From Lytechinus pictus (taxonomy: Eukaryota): 64,000 nt of DNA. Shown here in pieces: positions 37,640-49,727 of this stretch. Location of the stretch: NCBI RefSeq assembly GCF_037042905.1, contig NC_087251.1:46006001-46070000 (forward strand), given 5' to 3'. Each line of letters opens with the position of its first letter. Position 1 is the first letter of the stretch. The notes beneath the pieces were generated by a model, which ran no database searches, had not been told where the DNA came from, and saw only the letters and a program-made list of their open reading frames with translations. Made by a program: the position numbers and the translations under genes.

Positions 37640-39060
37640 TAAAGTCGGAACAATCTTTGGATTTAGTAAGGGCGTGACGCAGCGCAAGTTCAAAGGGCTA
37701 CGCATGCGGTCCGTAGATGAAGTCGGTCATTGACATAAGAAACAACACGCATTCACAAAATTAATCGCACTTTGTAAGGATGTAGCGATATCGATCTGAA
37801 CATTGGAAAGTATGGAGTTAATTTATCAATGTAAATGATCTATGAACTGTAAGTATAAAATGAGATTAACTTCAATTTTTAAGTTATCAGTAATTGCCTT
37901 TCTGCTTCAATCGCAATTCGCGCAACCGTTACGGCTGTGTGGCCGGAGAAGCATTAAATAGACATAAAATGTGGTGCATTTAGCAGCAATCTAAGCTCGT
38001 CGATATTGATATTTTCGATACCCCCCTCCCGAACCCTCCCCCCGTGCGTGCTTCGCATGCACCGAGGCCGCTGCGCGGCTTGCGTCGCTTCGCGCCGCCA
38101 AGCGTCAGAGTGAACCTGGCGAGAACGTTGCATAGGGATATATCAATATCACATGAACAGGTCACCATTCGGAATTTATGAACAACTTTATAATGGCCCT
38201 CATAAAGAAAAAAAAAATTGCCATCCAGCAGGGGAAGAATTACTTGGGATAGCAGGGTGAACTTCCCTACTAAGGGCGCAAAACAACCCTAAAAAAAACT
38301 CAAATTGAGCCCTGGATAATTCCTAGTGTCCATTTCATGTTGTAATACAAAAGAAAAATAGCGCCAGAAAGATTTTTTAGTATTTTTTTCCCTTTTTTTG
38401 TTGTTGCTATCCAGCCTTCAATGGGCCAATGGTTTAGAGGAGAATGAAACATTGAGAACAAATTTGCTTGTGTGAAAACAGACAAAGCAAAGAAACAAAT
38501 CAATGAAACTTTGAAAAAAAATTGAATAAAATGATAAGAAAGTTATGAGCATTTGAATGTTGAGATCACTGATGACATGGGGATCCTCCCACTTGCAAAG
38601 CGACAGACATGTTTGATGTCTCACTTTTACAGCCCTAAAGTGTTACTTTTCTACATATTTTATTTCAATTGTCACTTTTATCATGTCTATCCATATATCA
38701 GGTATTTTTTCCATAGGAGGACATGTAATAGAGGGTTCACAAAATATATCATGGGCAAAGAGTTTGTACTATCACTATAATGTCCTAAAACAGATGTTTG
38801 GGGGTACACTTTGAGTGTATGAAGGGGTGAGTTGTACTTTTGTGACGCCTTTGTCAAATTGCCAATAGCAGGATCTCTATAGTATTAGTGATTTTGACAT
38901 TCAATTGTACATAACTGTCTTAGTGTTTGTCCAATTGTTCTCAAACTTTCATTGATCGGTTTCTTTGATTTTTCTCAATTAAGATAAATTCAAGTGATTC
39001 CAAAAATTTCACTCTCCTTTTAGAGAAACAAGAGCTGGAATGAAAGAAATAAATACATAC

Positions 39061-39145
39061 CAGCTTGGGGTCTCTCTGTGTATCTTCTGAAGAACATGAG
39101 TGGAAATACACATATGCATTCCAAGCCTATTATACACAGCACCAA
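39061..39145 (-). CDS. TMEM62: TMEM62-like exon 11 (TM helix LVLCIIGLECICVFPLMFFRR)
   Basis: Strong acceptor, donor GTATGT, hydrophobic, phase 0 to 1. Confidence 0.75.
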
Positions 39146-39720
39146 CTACAAACAAAAAAGATAATAGAGAGAATGTTAATAATATATTATTAAGGTATAT
39201 TACAGGAACAGTCATGTATTCAAATAATAAGAATACATGTAAAAAAATAAATATTTCTACTTAAAAAGAGCTTAATACATCAGTGATATCCAAATTATAA
39301 AAGTGTTTGACAGACTGTATAACAGAATTTTCCAGGTCACAAATTTGGTTAGTTAAATATTTGAATGCATGCCTCCAATGATCAGCCAGGTACTGAAAAT
39401 CCACCAGAAAAAAAGATCATCATCTAATTCATTACAGAAAGATTTTTTTTTAAAGATAAACTGTAAATTTGTAAATTAGATTTGGAGGTATTGCAATGCT
39501 CTCAACAAGCATAGCAAACAAAAGAAATTTTTATTTTTCTACCAGTTTCATTTAATGTCTTCATCCTTATAATGTAATTACCCAAGAAAAAAGTTTGCAA
39601 TATTGCAAATATCAGAGTTCATGGTACTGCACCTCTTCACACACAATTCTTATTCAATGAGTTTTTTTTCATCTGTTACTAATTTTTTTATATCATTTTT
39701 GCTTCATAGTTTTCACTTAC

Positions 39721-39831
39721 AAATATAAAGCTGTTGATCATGATAACAAACGATGACATGAACGGTTGATTAGGCCTTGATTGATCAAGAGAAAACTCAC
39801 GACTGACAGTTTTATATCTCCCTGCTGTATC
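39721..39831 (-). CDS. TMEM62: TMEM62-like exon 10 (DTAGRYKTVSREFSLD...)
   Basis: D.AGR...FS motif, donor GTAAGT, phase 0 to 0. Confidence 0.85.
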
Positions 39832-40179
39832 CTGAAATTAAATAAATATAAATTAAATACAAGTATTCATTTATGGAGTAACCTATATTCATTAAGGAGC
39901 TTTGAGATAGTAACTTTCATTATCATGCACATGGAATGGTAGAAATTGCTTAGGTGATTGATGTAGTTACTGCCAAAGTTATGATAATAGTGCACCTCAT
40001 AATAGATAAAAATTTTGTGATACTAGAAGATGTTATATAAATGCCTATCATGATTATCATTACAGCAAAAACATTGATAATAAATAAATATTTTGAAAAC
40101 GATAATTACAATGTTCTCATATTCCTCTGGAATTATTTTCTTTTACTTGTATAAATATATATTGAAGAGGCATGAAATC

Positions 40180-40372
40180 TAAATCCGTAGGGTGATTGTT
40201 TTGCAATCCAGTGACCCGGGTTTGATTATCACTTAGTGCGCTAGTGTCCTTTGATAGGGCATTTACCCTCACTACTAGGTCCCTTGGAGAGGACCTTGAG
40301 CCTTTGGTCCTCTGGTTGTTTGCTTCCAAGCAATCATGCTTTTTTATCAACCAGGTATTAAAAAGAAAACAC
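40180..40372 (+). mobile_element. Degenerate copy of the same tRNA-derived SINE
   Basis: Shares gtgcgctagtgtccttt...ggagaggacctt...ggtcctctggttg...catgcttt with 15565-15770. Confidence 0.8.
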
Positions 40373-40476
40373 CAGCATCCCTATCAATAAAAAATGCACA
40401 AACTCTATCAAGAATTAGCTCAATGAGTGGACGCAGAAATGGATTAACTATCAAATATTTCCAGCTTGTAATTTAC

Positions 40477-40639
40477 CTTGACTGTGACTTCTATCAAATG
40501 TAAGCCACTGGTATAGCGTTCTGGTTTCCATGGCAACACATAAAGGGGTCCTCCATTTACCGGTTCCGCATAACCCAGTGGCTTAAAATCAACCACCACC
40601 TTGACTTTCCTTATTTTACTTGGAGAGAAGACTAGTATT
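40477..40639 (-). CDS. TMEM62: TMEM62-like exon 9 (ILVFSPS...GPLYVLPWKPERYTSGLHLIEVTVK)
   Basis: Matches the Ig-like segment of TMEM62. Phase 2 to 0. Confidence 0.92.
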
Positions 40640-41399
40640 CTGCAGAAAGAAAGGAATAAAAGGAGGATGTTGCACATTTTACCTTTAACACTTTGAATAT
40701 TTTCCTCCAAGTTTCTACTGACTTGAAATATGCACCAAATGATTATCTTAAGAAATAGGTAAAATTTATGTTGACATCTTTTTAAGCCTATGATAAAAAT
40801 ACCCCCCATTTTTTTTAGTAGATCTATACATTTTATAAAAACCTCCAAATATGGGGTTTGTAGTAGAATGCTCTTGTATATTAAAATATAATCATTTAAG
40901 TTTGATATTCCTATAAATATGAAGGAACTAAAGAATGCCTATAGTCTTATTCATCCAAACAATCAAGACAATGTATTTCAGATTGATCAGGGATAGATAC
41001 ACTGCATACCATCTTGCTCCATTAGATTCGCTATGTAGCATAGATAGAGACAAGAATGCGCACGCTGTATATAAGCAAAGCAAGGAAGATTATCCAGATT
41101 TTAAGAGATGGGTCATTGCAAGGAAAAGAAGGTCAAGGTATGTAAGAATACAAGTGCTGAATGTTGTGGTAAAATAATTGGAAATCTCCAGAACATATTT
41201 CCAAAATGAATGAATAAAGGCAGATCTAATTTACGCTGGAACTAATCATTCCAAATCTAATACACTGCTGTAAATATTGCAATCGAGTCAAAAAGAGATT
41301 TGTCTTGAAGACAAATGTTACTTGTTGGGTCTAAAATAAGCATGTTGTGTGGGTGTGTGTTGTTGTTATATCAGCTGTGATTATTCCAAAGCAGTGTCC

Positions 41400-43000
41400 T
41401 GATTTTACAGAGATGATGCAAAATAATCTCAGTGACGAAAAGCAAGAAAATAAGAGAAACTTTGCTAAGATAATCCAGAACATTCAGTTTCTAGCTAGAC
41501 AAGGAAGATGTACAGTCCAATGTACTCCAACACTACCAACTATAAAAGAGCAACAGATGACCCTCAAATGCTAGAATGGTCAAAGGGAAAAACTAACAAG
41601 TACATATATCACAATGATCAGAACTAAAGTTGCTACGATCATCTAAAACATTCAGTTTCTAGCCAGATGAGGATTAGCCCTTCAAGGCAAGGAAGATGTA
41701 GAGTCCAATGTACTCCAACTCTACCAACTAAGAGCAACAGATGACCCTCAAATGCTAGAATGGTCAAAGAGAAAAACTAACAAATACATATATCACAATG
41801 ATCAGAACTAAAGTTGCTACGATCATCTAAAACATTCAGTTTCTAGCCAGATGAGGATTAGCCCTCCAAGGCAAGGAAGATGTAGGGTCCAATGTACTCC
41901 AACTCTACCAACTAAGAGAAACAAATGACCCTCAAATGCTAGAATGGTCAAAGAGAAAAACTAACAAATACATATATCACAATGATCAGAACTAAAGTTG
42001 CTACGATCATCTAAAACATTCAGTTACTAGCCAGACGAGGATTAGCCCTTCAAGGCAAGGAAGATGTAGAGTCCAATGTACTCCAACTCTACCAACTAAG
42101 AGCAACAGACGACCCTCAAATGCTAGATTGGTCAAAGGGAAAAACTAACAAATACATGTATCACAATTATCAGAACGAAAGTAGCTATGATCATCAAAAA
42201 CATTCAGTTTCTAGCCAGACGAGGATTAGCCCTTCAAGGCAAACAAGATGTAGAGTCCAATGTACTCCAACTCTACCAACTAAGAGCAACAGATGACCCT
42301 CATATGCTAGAGTGGTCAAAGGGAAAAACTAACAAATACATGTCTCACAATGATCAGAACGAAATGCTGGAGATAACGGACCTTCAGGTGTTACGGGAGG
42401 TGGTATCTTCTACATGTATCAGGAATGGCAATTTCTTCTCTCATGGCAGATAAGTGCACTGACATTTCAAACAAAGAACAGTTGCCACTTCGTATTAGGT
42501 GGATAGAGAAGCTGGAAACATGTGAAAAATATACTGATTTTTTAAACATTCAAAATATTTAGGCAGTTACAATTGTAGTGATCATCAAGGATGCAATCAC
42601 AAGGATGGATTTGACCTTGCCCAAATGTCATGGACAGCGCTATGATGCTGGTGGCCGAACGGCTGGTTCATGTCGAGGGATCTTGTCAGAGGGTCGTCTA
42701 ACACATTGTCATGACCACACCCTGGATTAGGAAGTGATGCCCAAAAGGGTCCAAGCTTCTTTCAGATGCATTGGATACCAATACCTATGAAGTTTGTAAA
42801 CTCACTTAGTTTTCACAAAAATGTCAAAGTTTGCTGGGTCAGATAAGCTGGTGGTTTGAAGGTGACTTATCAAACACGAAAGATGATGTGTGGGTAGATT
42901 TTAGAGCACATAATTGATAGAGTGGGAAGCCTGTCTGGAAGACTGACTAGACTTGGAGATGAGAGCCAAAATAATTGGCATGAAGTCAGATGGAGAAATT
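41400..43000 (+). pseudogene. Decayed hAT transposase (DUF4371/ZMYM1-like) with internal tandem amplification
   Basis: FLARRGLALQG, KYMSHNDQNEMLEI and ADKCTDISNKEQL motifs, with frameshifts and stops. Confidence 0.8.
41455..42362 (+). repeat. Tandem repeat, about 183 bp x about 5, derived from transposase coding sequence
   Basis: Recurring acattcagtttctagccaga...ccaatgtactccaac...cacaatgatcagaac units. Confidence 0.92.
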
Positions 43001-43202
43001 TTAAAATTTCTTCTGTCTTCTCCTGAGTTTGAACTTCAAGTTATATTCCGTGACTGATTATTTTGTCCAAAAAAATATATCAATGTTTGTCACAGTAGAG
43101 GTTCTAGGCAGGATCCAATATGATGAGGAGTTCGAGCAGCTACCCCTTTAAATTCAAATGATGCTGTGCCCATAAAAATCAGACCTTTTCCATGTGAAAA
43201 TC

Positions 43203-43222
43203 CATCATCATCATCATCATCG

Positions 43223-43270
<48 letters not shown>

Positions 43271-43435
43271 CCATCACCATCACCATCACCATCACCATCA
43301 CCATCACCATCATCATCATCATCATCATCATCGTCATCATCATCATCATCATCATCATCGTCATCATCATCGTCATCATCGTCATCATCGTCATCATCGT
43401 CATCATCGTCATCATCGTCATCATCGTCATCATCG

Positions 43436-43476
<41 letters not shown>

Positions 43477-43680
43477 GTCATCATCATCGCCATCATCATC
43501 ATCTTCATCATCGTCATCATCGTCATCATCGTCATCATCATCATCATCATCACCATCATCATCGTCATCATCGTCATCATCGTCATCATCGTCATCATCG
43601 TCATCATCGCCATCATCATCGTCATCATCGCCATCATCATCGTCATCATCATCATCATCACCCTCACCATCATCATCACA
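43203..43680 (+). repeat. (CAT)n/(CATCAC)n/(CATCATCGT)n repeat immediately downstream of the TMEM62 exon 8 donor
   Basis: Direct reading. Confidence 0.98.
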
Positions 43681-43699
43681 TTCATCTCAGTTCTCTCAC

Positions 43700-43855
43700 C
43701 TTATATGTGATGAATGAGCCATCCTTTTTTCTGGTTCATGACCCGGGGCCAGGAACCGAGCTGGTTTGGGATTGGTGATCAGAACGATCGGCCATTCGCC
43801 AAACTGGACATCGGTGAAAGACATCATGTCATGGTCAAACGCCATCACGCGAAAT
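43700..43855 (-). CDS. TMEM62: TMEM62-like exon 8 (FRVMAFDHD...WPIVLITNPK...HSSHIR)
   Basis: Diagnostic AFDHD and WP.VLITNPK motifs. Phase 2 to 2. Confidence 0.95.
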
Positions 43856-44327
43856 CTGCAACAGTAAATATTTGATCAGGTCAAAGTTTATCTTATTAAC
43901 AAAAGCAAAGTTGATTCTGAATCAAATGTAGTCAATTTCCATGAAAAATTAATGACAATATAGTTAGACGTCTTCTGAATTTCCATATGCAAACATGATC
44001 CATTTTCAAAGTTTGACCTGTCAAAGGCGTACTGATGACCAACTTTAAAGTGTATTTTAATTATTCCTAGAACACAAAAAAAAAACATGCTTCCATGTTG
44101 TGTAGTATGCTTTTGTGGGCAGAGGTATAAAAATACTTCTGTCAAGTAGTAAATAACAAATACCTAGCATTGGGAATGACCTGTACAGCCATCATAATTC
44201 TATTCATGTTTTAATGAATGGATGGATGGATGGACGAATTACTGGATAAATGAATATATAAATACATCACTTTACAATAAACATTAACAATAATACAAAC
44301 AGAAAATAAAACTTGCAATACGCCTAC

Positions 44328-44456
44328 TTTCGATGTTTTTTCCAGTCCTCCAGCTCCAGTTCAAGGCTACCATACCTCTGTAGAACGTACATTCTCTTGA
44401 TCCCATTCTTCAGGTCAAGATCATGCAGATGACCACAAAGATAAGCTATCCCACCT
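44328..44456 (-). CDS. TMEM62: TMEM62-like exon 7 (AYLCGHLH...LELELEDWKKHR)
   Basis: GHxH metal-binding motif and LELELxDWK. Phase 2 to 2. Confidence 0.93.
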
Positions 44457-44944
44457 CTATAATCAGGTTAGGAAAAAGATGGATAGAGAAATAAAAGAAA
44501 ATTCAAGAATAGCATCATTTAGACTTATCAGATCGATAACAACTATTGACCAATTCAATCAAGATATGAGGACATCATAACCCTTTTCCTACTGAATTTT
44601 CAATTTCCCATAGACTTTATACAGGGATGACCGGAACCAGTTACTGGCAGGTTAATGATGTTAGCAAAATTAGTAGTGGTGATGATGATAATGTTCATAA
44701 TGTACTCTTCTTTTTCTAAGATGCTTTTAAGAATAAACATTTTATTTGACAAATTTGAAAAGCAGAATTGATCTGAATCTGTGAAATCAGAAGCTTGCAT
44801 TCGCACAACATTGTGAAAAATCTGTGAGTAGACAATTGTACTTGTGGAATATTTCTACTCTTTTTCAATTGACACACAACGGACCAGATTGAAACATGAA
44901 ATGCAAACCTGATGTGAACTGCTTGGCTCCTATTCTCAGTCCCG

Positions 44945-45413
44945 TGCCCCGTCTTACAAAGAGTTATGATTGATCCAATTAATCCATACCATAATTTTTT
45001 CTACAGGAAATTAGCTCAATCTCTTTAGTAAACAAAGAGAATGACACTGTATCTTCAAGAGAATCAATCAATCAATCAATCAATTCAAGGTTTATTAAAA
45101 ACATGAGTCGCAGCCAAATGGCTGAATTGGTCATGTATACAAAGTAAAAACAATTAAAAGACTCATTACATATTTCAAACATTAAAAAGCAGTACACCTT
45201 TGTAAAAACTGACATGAGAAATATGTGTATAGGCAAGAAGACTTAGGCAATGGAAATTTACATACATGTACATAAGATAATGATCAATGTATGTATATAC
45301 ATCATATCTAGAAAATATTTTGAACAAATTTGCATTTTAGATGTTGACATTGCTGGCAGTCCATAGTTGTGGTTGATGGTATCAATCGCAACTCTTTGTA
45401 AGACAGGGCCCTG
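44945..45413. mobile_element. MITE family B copy interrupted by a (TCAA)n-tailed retroelement fragment (about 45069-45282)
   Basis: cccgtcttacaaagagtt ... aactctttgtaagacagggcc. ATCAAT repeated around the insert. Confidence 0.75.
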
Positions 45414-45767
45414 GTTTGATTTAAACCATGGTCTCATTCTGGGCTACAATTGTGGGAAGCTATGAATGTCCAGGATTTTTTATGCTTCTCGAGGTTAATG
45501 GGATCCTGCCCATGTTTTGATGGTGACATATAATATCTTAAAATATGATTTTAGGACAATATCTAATGATATGAATGCAAAATGTGATACTAAATTCATC
45601 TTATTACAGATATTGATGTCAAGTTTGGCCTCCTATAGTTAAACCATGTTAGATCATGCTCTAAGTTAAAAATATGGGCATTCAAATTCATATTCCAAAC
45701 ATAAAATATCACAACTATCAACTCCTACCACTCCATAAGATACAACCACATACTGTGTTTCACTCAC

Positions 45768-45895
45768 TTCAATATGTCATAGAGTCCATGAGGGGCGAGA
45801 ATCGTTGAGGTAGGGTAGTGCCCAAAGTATATCGTTTGATTGCTGGGAGACTCCTTGGCCCTTTCTGACAAGGACTTGACATGGTAGACATTCAG
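45768..45895 (-). CDS. TMEM62: TMEM62-like exon 6 (...SNQTIYFGHYPTSTI...)
   Basis: FGHYP motif, donor GTGAGT, phase 0 to 2. Confidence 0.92.
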
Positions 45896-46508
45896 CTATC
45901 ATCAAAAAAATAATAAATGCAATTTACAATGCACCTATTAGAGATACTCAATGCACACAAGTTAAAGGGGAGAAAACAAAATATCAAAGGAACACAGAAA
46001 TATTGTACTCAAAATCATTGATAAATATAAATTTAAGGTAAGTTCTTTGTTAAATGTTACAACAGACTGGTTATCAAGGATGTTGTTTGTAAAATGTTTA
46101 GCTGCATTAACACAAGGTCGCATTTTTGTCAATCAGTGGTTGTGTCATGAACACAAGAGGGCATTATAACACACTCTCATCATTTTATTCCATTGCAGTT
46201 CAAATAATACAATATCTATTAAATGAATTATCCTATGAACCCATATAATATTTCAAGAAAAAGCTCAGTATCTTTATTGTTTCTCTTTCAAAAAATTTGT
46301 CAGAGAGATAATGATAATGATGATGATAATAATAATAATAATGATAATAACAATAATAATAATACAAGTATATCGCCTTTTAGAAGGCAGTCTTTATGTT
46401 TGTGCCTTTGAATAGGCACACTATTTATTATCATAGCTTTAGCTCCAGCTACTGTTACTAGCGCTTGGTGCATTTAATCATGCCAATATATACAAAGTAA
46501 ATATTTAC

Positions 46509-46656
46509 CTCATCTAATATACCATAGAAGTTGATAGGCCTCTTGGTACCAATCTTCAGAAGGGAATCAACATGGATGAAGGAGTAAGTCCCAAATGGCA
46601 GTTCCATTTTATAGAGAAAAGATTCATCTCCCTTTTCACCTAGGATAGAATACTCC
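46509..46656 (-). CDS. TMEM62: TMEM62-like exon 5 (EYSILG...FGTYSFIHVD...KRPINFYGILDE)
   Basis: Matches TMEM62 FG.YSFI.VD...GPKRP.NFFG. Phase 2 to 0. Confidence 0.92.
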
Positions 46657-47147
46657 CTGTTCAAATAGTGGAGAGGATTTGAAAATGATGAGTTACATAC
46701 AATGTATACATAATGATAGCAATAATAATCAATAATAATAAGCCACTTCTTTTTTATAGTCAATAGTTTAATAGTATATTAACTGATCAAGGTCAAAGGT
46801 CAAGTCTTGTAACTTTTTTACAATGATTTCTTTGCCGAAATTAGTGGTATTATTGAGTGTTATTTGGATACATATTTCTCAGATATAAAGGAGTTTCATT
46901 TTTTCATTTTTGCTTTGACATAATTATGCTGTACTTTAATACTTTCCATACATACAATATATATGAAATATAATTAACAAATAATCTCATATAAATAAGC
47001 TACATGAACAAGTTCAATAACAAATTTTGTATCAATATCCGATGGAACAATCATTTGATGAATTTGCTTCCAACCATCAGAAAAGCTCATCAGAAAAAAT
47101 AACTTTCTATTGAAGAGTTTGTAAAAGAAATCAGTATGTTAACAAAC

Positions 47148-47193
47148 CTGTAAAAGTTGTTTTCATGCTGCCTGAAGGGTATATCAAAGTTAT
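47148..47193 (-). CDS. TMEM62: TMEM62-like exon 4 (DNFDIPFRQHENNFYR)
   Basis: Completes GNHD. 46 nt, AG/GT boundaries, phase 1 to 2. Confidence 0.85.
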
Positions 47194-47490
47194 CTAATCA
47201 GAGGGATAAAATAGAAACAATGAAATAAAAAGATGTAAGTTTACAAAAGAGTGAATTAATTTCAAGATCAACTATCAATTGGATGAACGAATCTGAAAAA
47301 GAATTTTGACTCAAAAGGAGGTTTCATTGACTGATGCGTTTGAACCTATCCAGATCAAGATGTGCTTTACACACTACCCATTGATGTCACAAATGACTGC
47401 ACAGCTAGCTCATCAATTATCAGCTGTAGGTACCAGCTGGTATTTTTGTGGTTTGCATTCAAATAGAATATCTGACATATTAGACTATGG

Positions 47491-47590
47491 CTTTAAATTG
47501 GATATATGATATATTAGAATATTACTTTAAATTGGATATATGATATATTAGAATATTACTTTAAATTGGATATATGATATATTAGAATAT
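47491..47590 (+). repeat. 34-bp tandem repeat x 3
   Basis: ctttaaattggatatatgatatattagaatatta. Confidence 0.95.
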
Positions 47591-48029
47591 GAAGCCAATC
47601 AGTGGAAACAAGTGTATGGACACTTTTTTTTTCATTTTGCATCCTGCAATTCTAAAAAGTATAGTGAATATTATTGGCTTCATTACTGCGTTCAAATACA
47701 ATATAGTTTTACATATAAAATACACATAAATAGTCCATAATACAAACAATATAGTAACATTATAAAAGGAATACAAGAAAACAATGCAATGTATAGAATA
47801 ATCAATTAATACAGAGACTGCCATCATGAGTAGTAACATTGATTTTTCACCTTTGGCACTATGGGGGGGGGGGGGTATTAGCACACTGGCTCCATCAAAG
47901 TTGCCAATAGTTTATAACTTGATGAATTACCACGGTTTCCTCTCACATCTAGCCACCGAAGGGAATAAGGTTGATGTTTAAAAAAAAATTACTCATAATA
48001 CTACTTTTACTACAAATATGATACTAACA

Positions 48030-48262
48030 ATAACCAGGAGTCTCGCCTTATCTTGCAATCAATAAAATATGCAAAATGATCTTGTGACCCCTAAAGGTCA
48101 TTTGACCAGATCATCCCCATGAACACACATGTGGTATTTACCCAAGGATCATCTGTACAAAGTGTAAACACAATTGATGCAGAAATAAAGAAATTAGAAC
48201 AACAGACTAAGAGGAAAAGTGATCATTAGGTCTCTGCCAAACTTCGTTCAGGCGAGACATAA
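48030..48262 (-). mobile_element. Short degenerate copy of a HINE-like element
   Basis: gtctcgcc ... caggcgagac subterminal repeats as in 36209-37388. Confidence 0.45.
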
Positions 48263-48566
48263 ATAATATTTACCAATAAAGATAATAATAATACTTTAAT
48301 AGCTTTTTATCACACTTTTTGCCACAGGACACTAAGCGCAACTATGATGACATGGATTTCGTATGCATGGAAGATTTTGTATGTATCTTGATCTAGACTC
48401 CTAGCCTTGGATTGGGCATTATTTTTGTGGGTTTTTTTTTATAGTACATTTGCTCCAACAAAGTTGACACAAGTTAATAACAGTAACAATAATGATACTG
48501 CTTTTAAATAGCATAATTAAGTCTGTTAGCCCTCAATAGTATAAATTTATATCTTGAATACGTTAC

Positions 48567-48692
48567 CATGGTTTCCTCTCACATCAAGCCATCTCAAGGA
48601 ATATGGTAGCTTAGCCTCGGACATGATCTGTTGATATGATATCCAATCTCCTTTGTTTTGTGAGGCATGGGGAGCACCATCTGTGATGTCAC
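48567..48692 (-). CDS. TMEM62: TMEM62-like exon 3 (GDITDG...WLDVRGNH)
   Basis: GDxxD and GNH(D) motifs. Phase 1 to 1. Confidence 0.93.
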
Positions 48693-49325
48693 CTAATAGT
48701 ACAGTAAATAGAGGAATGTTTAGTTGGGGTATGCTTCATCAGGAGTACAGATAGTATAAATTCAGATCACAAACATTCAAAGGTTTATTAGGATGCTGCA
48801 AGGAGCTCATTTGCAATCAAACGCAAATTTCACTGGCAAATTTTAAAATTGATGGATCAGTTTGAACTGTAGCAATTCACATTATACTTCCTGTTGCAAG
48901 AAAACAAACCAGATATCAACTGAAAATGTATAATCTAAAGACATTTTATTGATTTTAGAGCCAACAAGCTATTGCTTCTCTTTTAACATAAAAATGTTCT
49001 CTATCAAACAAATGCAATGCGTACTGCTGTTAGCTTTGATCATAGAATTAACTGTATGCCCACTCACACCCCCCCCCCCCTTTGGACCTGGACCTCAGGA
49101 CAGCTCTATCATCTCCAAATTTGAAATGTGGTATGATCAGTTTCTTTTTTTTCTCCAAAGAACTAAAAAAAAATTGGAAGAATGTAGCTGCATCCCTCTT
49201 CTCCAATAAATTATTTACCAACTGAATCATTATAAGTTCAAGCTTATAAGTTGGAGAATCCTCATCTTCATATGGGACTGCCCTGAATATAAATGAAATG
49301 GGAAAACAGATGAATAGCATCTGAC

Positions 49326-49446
49326 CTGTGTGAAGTACAAGCATCGGGTTTATGACTTTCAGGTGTTCATGACAGAATATCTTGAAATCTCGAGCGCGTG
49401 CTAACTTCTCAGGATTTTCCACAGTGGTAAGATGCGTATCTGAAAT
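49326..49446 (-). CDS. TMEM62: TMEM62-like exon 2 (ISDTHL...PMLVLHTG)
   Basis: Metallophosphoesterase motif DxH. AG/GT boundaries, phase 0 to 1. Confidence 0.92.
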
Positions 49447-49727
49447 CTGCATCAAATTGAAACAAATCGATCATAATTCATAAGAAAAGGAAATCACAAA
49501 GCAAAAAAAGACCTTGCTTAAAGGGCATTAGTTGACATTGATTTGGCTCCATGCAAGGTTTATGCAACAGTTCTGTATTAATACAGTAATTTTCATTACC
49601 ATATAAATTATATCCTTAATAAAAACTACTTTTCATCGATTTCAGTTTGGCTTTCAGAATTCATATGCTTTGAACAAGGCAGTTTTCTTTGACATCTATA
49701 GAGCATCATCTGTAACCATGCAACATA

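Larger units (their letters stand above)
33515..38130. mobile_element. 4.6-kb non-autonomous hAT-type DNA element
   Basis: 12-bp perfect TIR CAACGTTCTCGC...GCGAGAACGTTG flanked by identical 8-bp TSD CATAGGGA (33507-33514, 38131-38138). No long ORF. Confidence 0.85.

Noticed and set aside
43166..43778. Poly-His/Ser/Met ORFs, likewise at 6145-6451 and 58434-58838
   Set aside because: Translations of trinucleotide microsatellites.
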